From positions 2,688,001-2,752,000 of the forward strand of contig OZ241875.1 of assembly GCA_965203325.1 (NCBI GenBank): 64,000 nucleotides of DNA, in the 5' to 3' direction. Position numbers and translations under genes: made by a program. The notes beneath the pieces were generated by a model. That model saw nothing but the letters and a program-made list of their open reading frames with translations, searched no databases and was not told where the DNA came from. Below are positions 49,915-58,388 of this stretch, one piece after another. Numbering within the stretch: position 1 is the stretch's first letter; the number at the start of each line of letters is the position of its first letter. The DNA comes from a bacterium (lineage in GTDB: Bacteria; UBA8248).

Positions 49915-51051
49915 ATGAAGCGAAGCACGGAGAGAATACTCACGACCCACACGGGGAGCCTGCCGCGTCCCCAGGAGGTGGTCGATTTACTGCTGGCCCA
50001 GGAGGAGGGCGCAGCGGACTCAGGAGAACTCGATGCCGCCGTGTCGCGCGCGATAGAAGACGTCGTGGAGAAACAGGCGGCGGCAGGAGTCGACGTGATC
50101 AACGACGGCGAGCAGGGCCGGCCCGATTACACCTCCCACGTCAAGCACAGGCTGACGGGTTACGAGGGTCCGAGTTCGCCCCCGCTCGGCACGGGTGAAG
50201 AGCGCTTTCCCGAACTCGCCGAGATACTCTCCCAATTCGCCTCACCCCTCCAGAACCGTCCGGCCTGCTCCGGCCCCGTGGCGTGGAAGGACTGGCCCGC
50301 CGCCCAGGTGGACATCGAGCGCGCGAAGAGCGTCCTGGGCCGCGCCGACGTGGAAGAGGCGTTCATGACCTCTCCCTCGCCGGGTCAGATTTCGCGCTAT
50401 CTCAGGAACCTCTACTACCCGAGCGAGGAGGAGTACATATTCGCGCTCGCGGAAGTGATGCGCCGCGAGTACGAGGCGATTGTGGATGCGGGCCTGCTCC
50501 TGCAACTCGACTGCCCCGACCTGGCGCTCAGCCGCCACACCGTGTTTCGCAATTTGAGCCTCGAGGATTTCCGCAAGGAAATCGAAATGCACGTCGAAGC
50601 CCTGAACCACGCCGTGCGGAACATCGCGCCCGATCGCATGCGTATGCACATCTGCTGGGGCAGCACGCTGGGGCCGCACCATGAGGACGTTCCGCTCAAG
50701 GACATCATCGACATCGTGCTCAAGGGCGCGCCCTGCGCCGTTTCGTTCCCCGGCGCGAACCCCCGACACGGCCATGAGTGGAAGGTATGGCGCGAAGTCG
50801 ATTTGCCCGAGGGCAAGAGCATCATCCCCGGCGTGATCGATTCGACGTCCAATTTCGTGGAGCATCCCGAATTGGTGGCCGAGCGCATCGTGAACTACGC
50901 CGAGGCGGTGGGGCGCGAGAACGTGATCGCCGGCGTCGATTGCGGCTTCGGCACCTTCGCCGGCCGCGTCCAGGTGGATCGGCGTATCGTTTGGATGAAG
51001 ATGGCCGCCCTCGCCGAGGGCGCAGCCCTGGCGTCCGAGCAACTCTGGTAG
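49915..51051 (+). CDS. Cobalamin-independent methionine synthase II-like (single-domain MetE; epoxyalkane:CoM transferase-like) zinc enzyme
   Basis: ILTTHTGSLPRP, NDGE, Zn ligands HICWG and DCGFG; no N-terminal MetE barrel. Confidence 0.85.
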   Translation: MKRSTERILTTHTGSLPRPQEVVDLLLAQEEGAADSGELDAAVSRAIEDVVEKQAAAGVDVINDGEQGRPDYTSHVKHRLTGYEGPSSPPLGTGEERFPELAEILSQFASPLQNRPACSGPVAWKDWPAAQVDIERAKSVLGRADVEEAFMTSPSPGQISRYLRNLYYPSEEEYIFALAEVMRREYEAIVDAGLLLQLDCPDLALSRHTVFRNLSLEDFRKEIEMHVEALNHAVRNIAPDRMRMHICWGSTLGPHHEDVPLKDIIDIVLKGAPCAVSFPGANPRHGHEWKVWREVDLPEGKSIIPGVIDSTSNFVEHPELVAERIVNYAEAVGRENVIAGVDCGFGTFAGRVQVDRRIVWMKMAALAEGAALASEQLW

Positions 51052-51290
51052 GGCGGCAAAACGACTCGGTAGCTCCCGAGCGGCGTTTCATGACCGGGGA
51101 CGATCATTCACCCTCTTGATTCACGTCCACATGGAAAGTCCGTCTTCGTTGCCGGACTGATGGAAAACGCCATCTTTCTCAAAAATAAGACGGCTCTATA
51201 GATTACCCCCTCCAGTGAGACCACCCTCGCTGCGCAGAAAATTCTCGCTGCCCAAACGATGTTTGTTGCCAAAAACGTGAATTTTTTCAA

Positions 51291-51383
51291 AAAAATGCGC
51301 ATTTTTCGTTGACAAAATCAAAAAACGGCCTATATATAAAGTGTATTAAATAATATTATATGAGTGTTAATAACTCATATAAT
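51291..51383 (+). promoter_or_regulatory. Hsp20 promoter with palindromic operators (one HAIR-like)
   Basis: Perfect palindrome AAAAATGCGCATTTTT 51291-51306; TTGACA 51309-51314; TATATA near 51331-51338; ATTATATGAGT-N7-ACTCATATAAT 51355-51383. Confidence 0.7.
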
Positions 51384-51461
51384 TGGAATTTTCAGCCGCT
51401 AAACATGAATAATGGGGAAAGCAAGTCCCCGAAATCACTTTCACCACAAGGAGGATTCAAA

Positions 51462-51878
51462 ATGCCCAATCTGATGAGACCCGGTTCGGTTCACGACGTA
51501 TTCAACCGCTTGCTGGAAGATTCCTTCGTCAAGCCTCTTGCCACCGGTGGCGAGGAAGGAATTCTGCCCGTCGACATCGCGCAAACCGATACAGACGTCG
51601 TGGTGCGCGCATCGCTTCCGGGATACAAAAAAGAGGACATCGACCTTCGGATCGAGAAGGGCGTACTCTCCATCAAGGCGACGAAGCAATCGGACCAAGA
51701 AGTCGAAGACGAGAAGTTCTATCGTCGCGAGCGTTTCATGGGTTCGGTGAGCCGGCGCATCGTGTTGCCCGGCATGGTGCGGAACGACGCGTCGAGCGCG
51801 GAACTCGTCGACGGCGTCCTCACGCTTCGCGTGCCCATCGCCGAGGCGAACAAGCCGAAGCAGATCCTGATCCAGTAA
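51462..51878 (+). CDS. Small heat shock protein (Hsp20/alpha-crystallin)
   Basis: PVDI, LPG..KEDI, RRER..G..SR, DGVLTL, C-terminal IxI motif; AGGAGG RBS. Confidence 0.93.
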   Translation: MPNLMRPGSVHDVFNRLLEDSFVKPLATGGEEGILPVDIAQTDTDVVVRASLPGYKKEDIDLRIEKGVLSIKATKQSDQEVEDEKFYRRERFMGSVSRRIVLPGMVRNDASSAELVDGVLTLRVPIAEANKPKQILIQ

Positions 51879-51892
51879 GCGAACCATCGTGT

Positions 51893-51928
51893 CCGGCCCC
51901 CGGCGTTGCGTCGGGGGCCGGTTCGTTT
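51893..51928 (+). terminator. Intrinsic terminator of the Hsp20 gene
   Basis: CCGGCCCCCGGCG-TTG-CGTCGGGGGCCGG followed by TTCGTTT. Confidence 0.7.
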
Positions 51929-52047
51929 GAACGCTCCCCGCTTCCCGTATTTCTACGAGCCAACCCTGGATTATCGTCAGGTATCATAAGAACGCCGGTT
52001 CGGCCCGAGTCGTTTCAGGTGAAAATCAGTTGTTTCCGATTCGATAC

Positions 52048-52319
52048 GGGGTTGTTGAAAAAGGCTTGTCCGGCTTTCGAGATTGTTCACTGTAGGGACA
52101 GGCCCCCGTGCCTGTCCCTCTGAATCGCAACCAAGGGGATGGACATATCCGATACGGGCGGCCACGGGGGGCCGCCCCTACGGGGGAATGCGGTTTTGTT
52201 AGTCATTCCGGCGACAGCCGGAATGGCTAAGGATAGCCACGCACGTCCGTAGGGACAGGTCGCGACCTGTCCCTACAAAACCTGCAATCCCCGTTCATCG
52301 GGACTTTTTCAACAGCTCC
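52048..52319. mobile_element. 272-bp MITE with IS1182-like ends carrying REP-like palindromes
   Basis: Ends GGGGTTGTTGAAAAAGGC / GACTTTTTCAACAGCTCC (15/18); 5-bp direct repeat GATAC at 52043-52047 and 52320-52324; hairpins at 52092-52118, 52156-52181, 52202-52227, 52249-52276. Confidence 0.8.
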
Positions 52320-52369
52320 GATACCTCATGAGTGGTGCGGTTGATGCCACTTGCTCGATGGCGCCGGTC

Positions 52370-53758
52370 TTACGCCCCCGCCACGGTGAGGCGGATGAGT
52401 TTTTCCGCCTTTTCTTGCGTCTCCAGCATGCGGCAGGTTCCAATGATTTCCCTGTAGCGCGGCTCCGGTATCGGCAGCCCCGGGGCGATGCCACAGATGC
52501 GGTTCACGAGTTCGTCGAAGCTGAAGATGAACTCCCGCCCGGTGGCCTGTCTGGTGAAGACCCCTCTTTCTTTGGTGAAGATACTCACCCTGGGGGCGAA
52601 AAGCCCCATCTCGCGGGAGGGGATGATGCGGACGCGCTCCATCATCTCGAGCACCTCGGGCGGGTCGTTCTCGCCGGGCGGGTCGTTCAGGAGCGGATAG
52701 CCGCGCTTCACGACGCCGTAGGCCGCGTAGTAATGCGTGCCGCCCACGCGCGCCGCGCCGTCCTCGCGGCGGTTCGGGAAGGCGGGGCTCGGGTAGTGTG
52801 TCTCCAGCCAGTTCACTTCCGTCTCCACGCGCTCGACCTCCTCAATGCGGATGTCGTTCTCCTCGCAGAGGCTCGCCGTCACGTCGATGTGGGCCAGGTT
52901 GTAGCCCGAGGTGGAGTAGATGCGGAAAAGCGTTTCGAGGAACAGCCACTCCTCCCCCAGCCCTCTGGTGATGTTGCCCAGGCTCGTTCTCGTATCGCCC
53001 GTGAAGCTGTAGGTGAGGCGGCCCTCGTTGTTTCCCGTGTAGGCGTGGTAGAAACCCGCTTCGCCCTCCAGCACCGTTTCCCCGCCGGCGTGGCCCCGCT
53101 CGGCCAGCGCCGCCGCGAGGAGAGCGTTTCGGACCGCACCGCCTTCCCTGAGTGCCTGTCCGCCGCTGCGCGGGCCTTCGAGGTTTCCGCTCGCGAGGCT
53201 CGCGCAGAGCGCAACCGCGCTGTTCATCTGATCTTCGCTCAAGCCCATGATCTTCCCGGCGGCGACGGCGGCCCCGAAAATCCCGAAGACGGGACCCGCA
53301 TGAAAACCGCGCGACATCACCGTGGGGATGAAGTCCGACGCCAGACGCTCCATGACCTCGTAGCCCGCGGCGACGCCCGTCAGAAAATCCGCCCCTGAGG
53401 CGCTCCGCGACTCCGCAGCAGCGAGGGTAGCGGGGATGATGGAGGTTCCCGGGTGGGTGAGCATGCGGAAGGTATCCCACTTGCCGCCCGCCAGGGCCAT
53501 TTCTGCGTTCGCAAAGGCGGCGCCTCCCTTCGTCGCTTCGGTCCCGTTCACCATGATGGTCGCGCCGCGATGAACGCCTGTTTCTTCTTCTGTGATGAAC
53601 TCGACGGCCCTGCGCCCGTTTTCGGTTTGAGAACCCAGAAGAGCGGAGCCGATGGCTTGTAAGGTAACGCCCTTGGCGCGGTCGACGACTTCTCCCGGCA
53701 GATCCGCGAAACGAAGCTCCGCCGCCCACCTTGCGAGCCTGCGGCTTAAAGACGCCAT
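52370..53758 (-). CDS. MmgE/PrpD family protein (divergent)
   Basis: LRFADLP.EVV, AAFANA, THPG..IIPATLAAAE, GYEV..R, RGFH, LEGEAGFY. Confidence 0.82.
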   Translation of the reverse strand: MASLSRRLARWAAELRFADLPGEVVDRAKGVTLQAIGSALLGSQTENGRRAVEFITEEETGVHRGATIMVNGTEATKGGAAFANAEMALAGGKWDTFRMLTHPGTSIIPATLAAAESRSASGADFLTGVAAGYEVMERLASDFIPTVMSRGFHAGPVFGIFGAAVAAGKIMGLSEDQMNSAVALCASLASGNLEGPRSGGQALREGGAVRNALLAAALAERGHAGGETVLEGEAGFYHAYTGNNEGRLTYSFTGDTRTSLGNITRGLGEEWLFLETLFRIYSTSGYNLAHIDVTASLCEENDIRIEEVERVETEVNWLETHYPSPAFPNRREDGAARVGGTHYYAAYGVVKRGYPLLNDPPGENDPPEVLEMMERVRIIPSREMGLFAPRVSIFTKERGVFTRQATGREFIFSFDELVNRICGIAPGLPIPEPRYREIIGTCRMLETQEKAEKLIRLTVAGA

Positions 53759-54033
53759 ATTAGTGGCCTTCCCGAAGGCGCAGGATGCACCCCGCGGGTG
53801 AGTAATCGCCTAGCCTGCGAGTGTTTGCTGGGGGGAATTCTGGTCATGAAAACGGCAATCCTCGAAACATGGGTGAAACAAAACAGAAACGACAATTTAA
53901 CCGAACCGCAAGATTCCCGCAAAGAAACCTCTCTATATTTCCATTCTGTCATCGAAGATTTTCTGTGTTCGTTTTGTTTTCAGGCCGCACGAGGCGGCCG
54001 CTTTTACAGAGAAAAGAAGGGGAGACTGAAAGA

Positions 54034-55362
54034 ATGAAGAGTAAGAAGAAGTTGATCGGAGCAGAAAAGCTGTCCCGCAGGAGATTCCTGAAGAAAGCGG
54101 GGGCGATGGGGCTCGGTGCGGCGGCGATGAGCGCGCTTCCGTTCCCGAACGTGATTCGGGCGGCCGAGCCCATCAAGATAGGGGTTCTGCACTCTCTGAG
54201 CGGAACCATGGCGATCAGCGAGGTTTCGCTGCGCGACGTGGTGCTGATGGCCGTGGAGGAGATCAACTCGGCCGGCGGCGTGATGAAGCGCCCCATCAAG
54301 CCCGTGGTCGTCGACCCGGCTTCTGACTGGGATTTGTTCGCCGAGAAGGCGAAGCAGCTTCTCCTGAAGGACAAGGTGGACGTGACTTTCGGCTGCTGGA
54401 CTTCGGTGAGCCGCAAATCCGTTCTTCCCGTGTATGAGAAGAACAACGGCCTTCTCTTCTACCCGGTGCAGTACGAGGGCGAGGAGTGCTCGAAGAACGT
54501 CTTCTACACGGGCGCGACGCCGAACCAGCAGTTGATTCCGGCAGCCGATTACATGATGAGCGAGGACGGCGGCGGATTCAAGAAGTTCTACCTGCTCGGT
54601 ACCGATTACGTGTTCCCGCGCACGGCGAACAAGATACTCCGGGCCTTCCTGCTGGCGAAAGGCGTGCCGGCTGCGAACATCATGGAAGAGTACACGCCCT
54701 TCCACCACCAGGATTACCAGACCATCGTGGGCAAGGTGAAATCGTTCGCCTCGGGCGGCGACGCCGCCGTGCTCAGCACCATCAACGGCGACAGCAACGT
54801 GCCCTTCTACAAGGAGTTCGCGAACCAGGGTCTGCGCTCCGAAGACGTGCCCATCATGGCGTTCAGCGTGGCGGAGGACGAGTTGCGCGGCATGGACTCG
54901 AAATCGCTCGTCGGGCACCTGGCGGCCTGGAACTACTACCAGTCGATCGACACGCCGCAGAACAAGAAGTTCGTCAAGAACTTCAAGACCTACTGCAAGA
55001 AGATGGGCCTGCCGGGCGGTGCCAGCCGCGTGACGGACGACCCCATCGAGGCGGCCTACCTCGGCGTCTACATCTGGAAGCAGGCGGTCGAGAAAGCGGG
55101 CACCACGAAGGTGGACGACGTACGCAAGGCGGCTTACGGGATGGGCTTCGAGGCGCCGGGCGGATTCAAGAAGATCGACGAGAAGAACCACCATCTGCAC
55201 AAGCCCGTGCTCATCGGCGAAATCCTCAAGAACGGGCAATTCGAAATCGTCTCGCAGACGAAGGGCCTCGTGGCGCCCGAACCCTGGAGCAAGTACACGA
55301 GTCCGGACAAGAGCTGTGACTGGGTAAATCACCAGGGAACGTATAAGAAGTCTGCCACCTAG
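54034..55362 (+). CDS. urtA: Urea ABC transporter substrate-binding protein with Tat signal
   Basis: SRRRFLK Tat motif, IKIGVLHSLSGTMAISE, FGCWTSVSRK, YPVQYEGEE, GTDYVFPR. Confidence 0.95.
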   Translation: MKSKKKLIGAEKLSRRRFLKKAGAMGLGAAAMSALPFPNVIRAAEPIKIGVLHSLSGTMAISEVSLRDVVLMAVEEINSAGGVMKRPIKPVVVDPASDWDLFAEKAKQLLLKDKVDVTFGCWTSVSRKSVLPVYEKNNGLLFYPVQYEGEECSKNVFYTGATPNQQLIPAADYMMSEDGGGFKKFYLLGTDYVFPRTANKILRAFLLAKGVPAANIMEEYTPFHHQDYQTIVGKVKSFASGGDAAVLSTINGDSNVPFYKEFANQGLRSEDVPIMAFSVAEDELRGMDSKSLVGHLAAWNYYQSIDTPQNKKFVKNFKTYCKKMGLPGGASRVTDDPIEAAYLGVYIWKQAVEKAGTTKVDDVRKAAYGMGFEAPGGFKKIDEKNHHLHKPVLIGEILKNGQFEIVSQTKGLVAPEPWSKYTSPDKSCDWVNHQGTYKKSAT

Positions 55363-55474
55363 TTGCAAGAACCGCCCGGGGGGAGCCGGTTTCGGCTTCC
55401 CCATGGGCGGCCCAAAAGAAAAACATGTGAATCGCAAATACCGGCGATGTGCCAAATACGGCGAAGGAGGGGGT

Positions 55475-57205
55475 ATGCAGCAAGCCGGCGTTAGGGCGAT
55501 TCCGCGTGGAGCGTCGGCGAGGTCATTCATATCTCGCGTCCTTATTCTGGTATTCGCGCTCGGCTTTGGCTTGGCCGCAAGGGGAGAAGCGCGAACCGAA
55601 ACGTTTTCACCGGCCATCCAGGCGGAGATCGCGCAGTTAGGATCGAAGAATCGAAAGAAAAGAAGACGCGCTGCCCTCGGTCTCGCGAAGCGCCTCGAGC
55701 CAAAGCTGCTACCCCTTCTTTTGGCGCTTCGCGAGGGCAGCCTTTTTCGCTGGAAGCCTGATTCGGGCGAGGCCCGGTTCGTCATCGGCGGAGACGCCGT
55801 GACGCGAGACGATAAGGAATACGTTCCCCTTTTCTCGATTCACGGGAAAAAACGGCTCACCTCCGCAGACGGGAAACCCCTTTTCGTTCTTGATGAACAA
55901 CTCGGTAAAATCCGCGCCGGCAGAAGAATCCGCCGCGCCATCAAGCCCTATCTGAACCAGCTCCAAAGCTCGGCGCAGCTCCACTCCGCCGACCCGAACG
56001 TGCGCCGCGCGGCAGCCACGCGGATGGCGCGGGTGGGGGATAAGAATCTCATCCCGCTGCTCGACAAGGTCCTCGAGAACGAGACCCACTGGCTGGGCCG
56101 CCATGCGCTCATCGAGGCGAAGGCGCTGATCCGGTTGAAATCGCCGAACCCCGAAGAGAGGCGCTCGGCCGCCGCCACCCTCGGCGAGATTCACGGGCTG
56201 AACGCCGTCTCGGTGCTCCAGCGCCTGGCGGACAAGGACGCGGACGCTTCCGTGCGCGCGGCGGCGAGCGAGGCCATCGGGGAGATCGAGGGCTACCAGA
56301 GTTGGACCGCGACGATCGACACCCTGTTCCGGGGCATGAGCCTGGGCTCCATCCTGTTGCTGATGGCGCTGGGGCTGGCCATCGTCTTCGGCCTGATGGG
56401 CGTCATCAACATGGCGCACGGGGAGTTGATGATGCTCGGCGCCTACGCCACCTTCATCATCCAGGGCGTTTTCATCTCGTATTTGCCGCAGAATTACTTT
56501 GGCTGGTATTTCTTGCTGGCGCTTCCCGTCGCGTTCCTGGCCTCGGCCCTGATGGGCTGGCTCATGGAGATTTCCATCATCCGCCATCTGTACGGCCGGC
56601 CGCTGGAGACGCTGCTGACCACCTGGGGGATCAGCCTGATCCTCCGGCAAGCCGTCCGGCAGGTGTTCGGCGCGCAGAACGTGGACGTGAAATCTCCCGA
56701 GTGGCTGAGCGGGGGGTATCACCTGATGGTCGGCGTCCAGTTCCCCTACAACCGCATGTTCATCATCGCGCTGGCCGTCTTCTGCGTGGCGGGCACGTAT
56801 TTGTTCCTCTTCCGCACGCGGGCGGGCCTGCGGATTCGCGCCGTGACCCAGAACCGGGGCATGAGCACCTGCCTGGGCGTTCCCTCCCGCCGCGTGGACG
56901 CGGGCACGTTCGCCTTCGGCGCGGGGCTGGCCGGCATGGCGGGCGCGGCCTTGAGCCAGGTCGGGAACGTGGGGCCTGATTTGGGGCAGAACTACATTGT
57001 GGATTCGTTCATGGTGGTGGTGACGGGCGGCGTGGGCAAGATTCTCGGAACCATCGTGGCGGGCTTCGGCATCGGCGGCATGAACAAGATGCTCGAGCCG
57101 GCGATGGGCGCGGTGTTCGGCAAGGTGGTGATTCTGGTTCTGGTGATCCTCTTCCTGCAGAGAAGGCCGGAGGGGCTGTTCGCCGTCCGCACGAGAGGGG
57201 CTTGA
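55475..57205 (+). CDS. urtB: Urea ABC permease UrtB with periplasmic HEAT-like repeats
   Basis: VRRAAA / VRAAASEA helical repeats; GVINMAHGE, YGRPLETLL, DSFMVVV. Confidence 0.92.
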   Translation: MQQAGVRAIPRGASARSFISRVLILVFALGFGLAARGEARTETFSPAIQAEIAQLGSKNRKKRRRAALGLAKRLEPKLLPLLLALREGSLFRWKPDSGEARFVIGGDAVTRDDKEYVPLFSIHGKKRLTSADGKPLFVLDEQLGKIRAGRRIRRAIKPYLNQLQSSAQLHSADPNVRRAAATRMARVGDKNLIPLLDKVLENETHWLGRHALIEAKALIRLKSPNPEERRSAAATLGEIHGLNAVSVLQRLADKDADASVRAAASEAIGEIEGYQSWTATIDTLFRGMSLGSILLLMALGLAIVFGLMGVINMAHGELMMLGAYATFIIQGVFISYLPQNYFGWYFLLALPVAFLASALMGWLMEISIIRHLYGRPLETLLTTWGISLILRQAVRQVFGAQNVDVKSPEWLSGGYHLMVGVQFPYNRMFIIALAVFCVAGTYLFLFRTRAGLRIRAVTQNRGMSTCLGVPSRRVDAGTFAFGAGLAGMAGAALSQVGNVGPDLGQNYIVDSFMVVVTGGVGKILGTIVAGFGIGGMNKMLEPAMGAVFGKVVILVLVILFLQRRPEGLFAVRTRGA

Positions 57206-57211
57206 TACGCG

Positions 57212-58378
57212 ATGCCGGGTGAAACTCTGGTGGACAGGATGGAGAAGAAAGTCGGCGGCGTCGTTCTCGTGATCGCGGCGTTCTGGTTCATCGTCGCCAT
57301 GCCTTCGCTGAACGCCTTCGGGACGCCGGGTTCGTTTTTCCATGTTTCTGATTTCACGCTCAACCTGTTCGGAAAATTCCTGGCCTACGCCATCCTGGCG
57401 CTGGGCCTCGATTTGATATGGGGCTACACCGGCATCCTGAGCATGGGCCACGGCGTGTTCTTCGGTCTGGGCGCCTATTGCATGGGCATGTACCTCACGC
57501 TCGAGATCGGCGGCGAGGGGGTCTACCAGAGCAAGCTGCCCGACTTCATGGTCTGGAACCGCGTGAAGGAGCTGCCCCTTTTCTGGAAGCCGTTCCACTC
57601 GTTCTTCTTCACGACGCTCGCGGTGGCGGTGGTGCCCGGTATGCTGGCGGCCGTCTTCGGCTTCCTCGCCTTCAGAACAAGGGTGCGCGGCGTGTACTTC
57701 GCCATCATCACGCAGGCGCTGGCGCTCTCCGCCTGGCTCGTCTTCAACAGAAACGAGGTGAACCTGGGCGGCACGAACGGCCTCACCAACTTCAAGAAAA
57801 TCCTCGGCTTCACGCTCACCGAAGCGTCCACGCAGCGGGGGCTTTACGTCGCAACCGCGCTCGCGCTTTGCGGCGCGTACCTGCTCTGCCGCTGGATAGT
57901 GAAATCACGCGCCGGGAAGATTCTCCTGGCGATCCGGGACGCGGAGAACCGCGTGCTCTATTCCGGCTACACGCCCGCGAACTACAAGGTGTTCGTCTTC
58001 TCCGTCTCCGCCATGCTGGCGGGGGTCGCGGGCGCGCTGTACGTGCCCCAGGTGGGCATCATCACGCCCGGGCGGATCGGCGTGCTGCCCTCCATCGAGA
58101 TGGTCATCTGGGTGGCGGTCGGCGGGCGGGGGTCGCTCATCGGCGCCGTGGTCGGCGCTGTCGGGGTGAACTGGGCGCGGAGCTACCTCACGTCGAGTTA
58201 TCCGGATTACTGGCTATATTTCCTGGGCGGCATATTCGTCCTGGTGGTCCAGTTCTTCCCGGACGGCATCCTCGGCGTGGTGCGCGATGCGCCCCGGAAG
58301 CTGGAAAAATGGGTCCGCCGCACGACTCGCCCGGCGGCCGGGGATGAGAGCCTTGCGCCTGTGCGCAGTGAAGGCTAG
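57212..58378 (+). CDS. urtC: Urea ABC permease UrtC
   Basis: DLIWGYTGILSMGHG, LPDFM, GVYFAIITQA, VAVGGRG. Confidence 0.93.
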   Translation: MPGETLVDRMEKKVGGVVLVIAAFWFIVAMPSLNAFGTPGSFFHVSDFTLNLFGKFLAYAILALGLDLIWGYTGILSMGHGVFFGLGAYCMGMYLTLEIGGEGVYQSKLPDFMVWNRVKELPLFWKPFHSFFFTTLAVAVVPGMLAAVFGFLAFRTRVRGVYFAIITQALALSAWLVFNRNEVNLGGTNGLTNFKKILGFTLTEASTQRGLYVATALALCGAYLLCRWIVKSRAGKILLAIRDAENRVLYSGYTPANYKVFVFSVSAMLAGVAGALYVPQVGIITPGRIGVLPSIEMVIWVAVGGRGSLIGAVVGAVGVNWARSYLTSSYPDYWLYFLGGIFVLVVQFFPDGILGVVRDAPRKLEKWVRRTTRPAAGDESLAPVRSEG

Positions 58379-58388
58379 GGGGAAACGC

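Noticed and set aside
49915..51051. Calling this gene metE
   Set aside because: It is half the length of MetE and lacks the N-terminal barrel; the catabolic context argues against assigning the symbol.
36465..57598. Long antisense or alternate-frame ORFs (e.g. 36465-38429, 48421-49896, 54004-55785, 55709-57598)
   Set aside because: They overlap well-supported genes and are expected shadows of high-GC codon bias.
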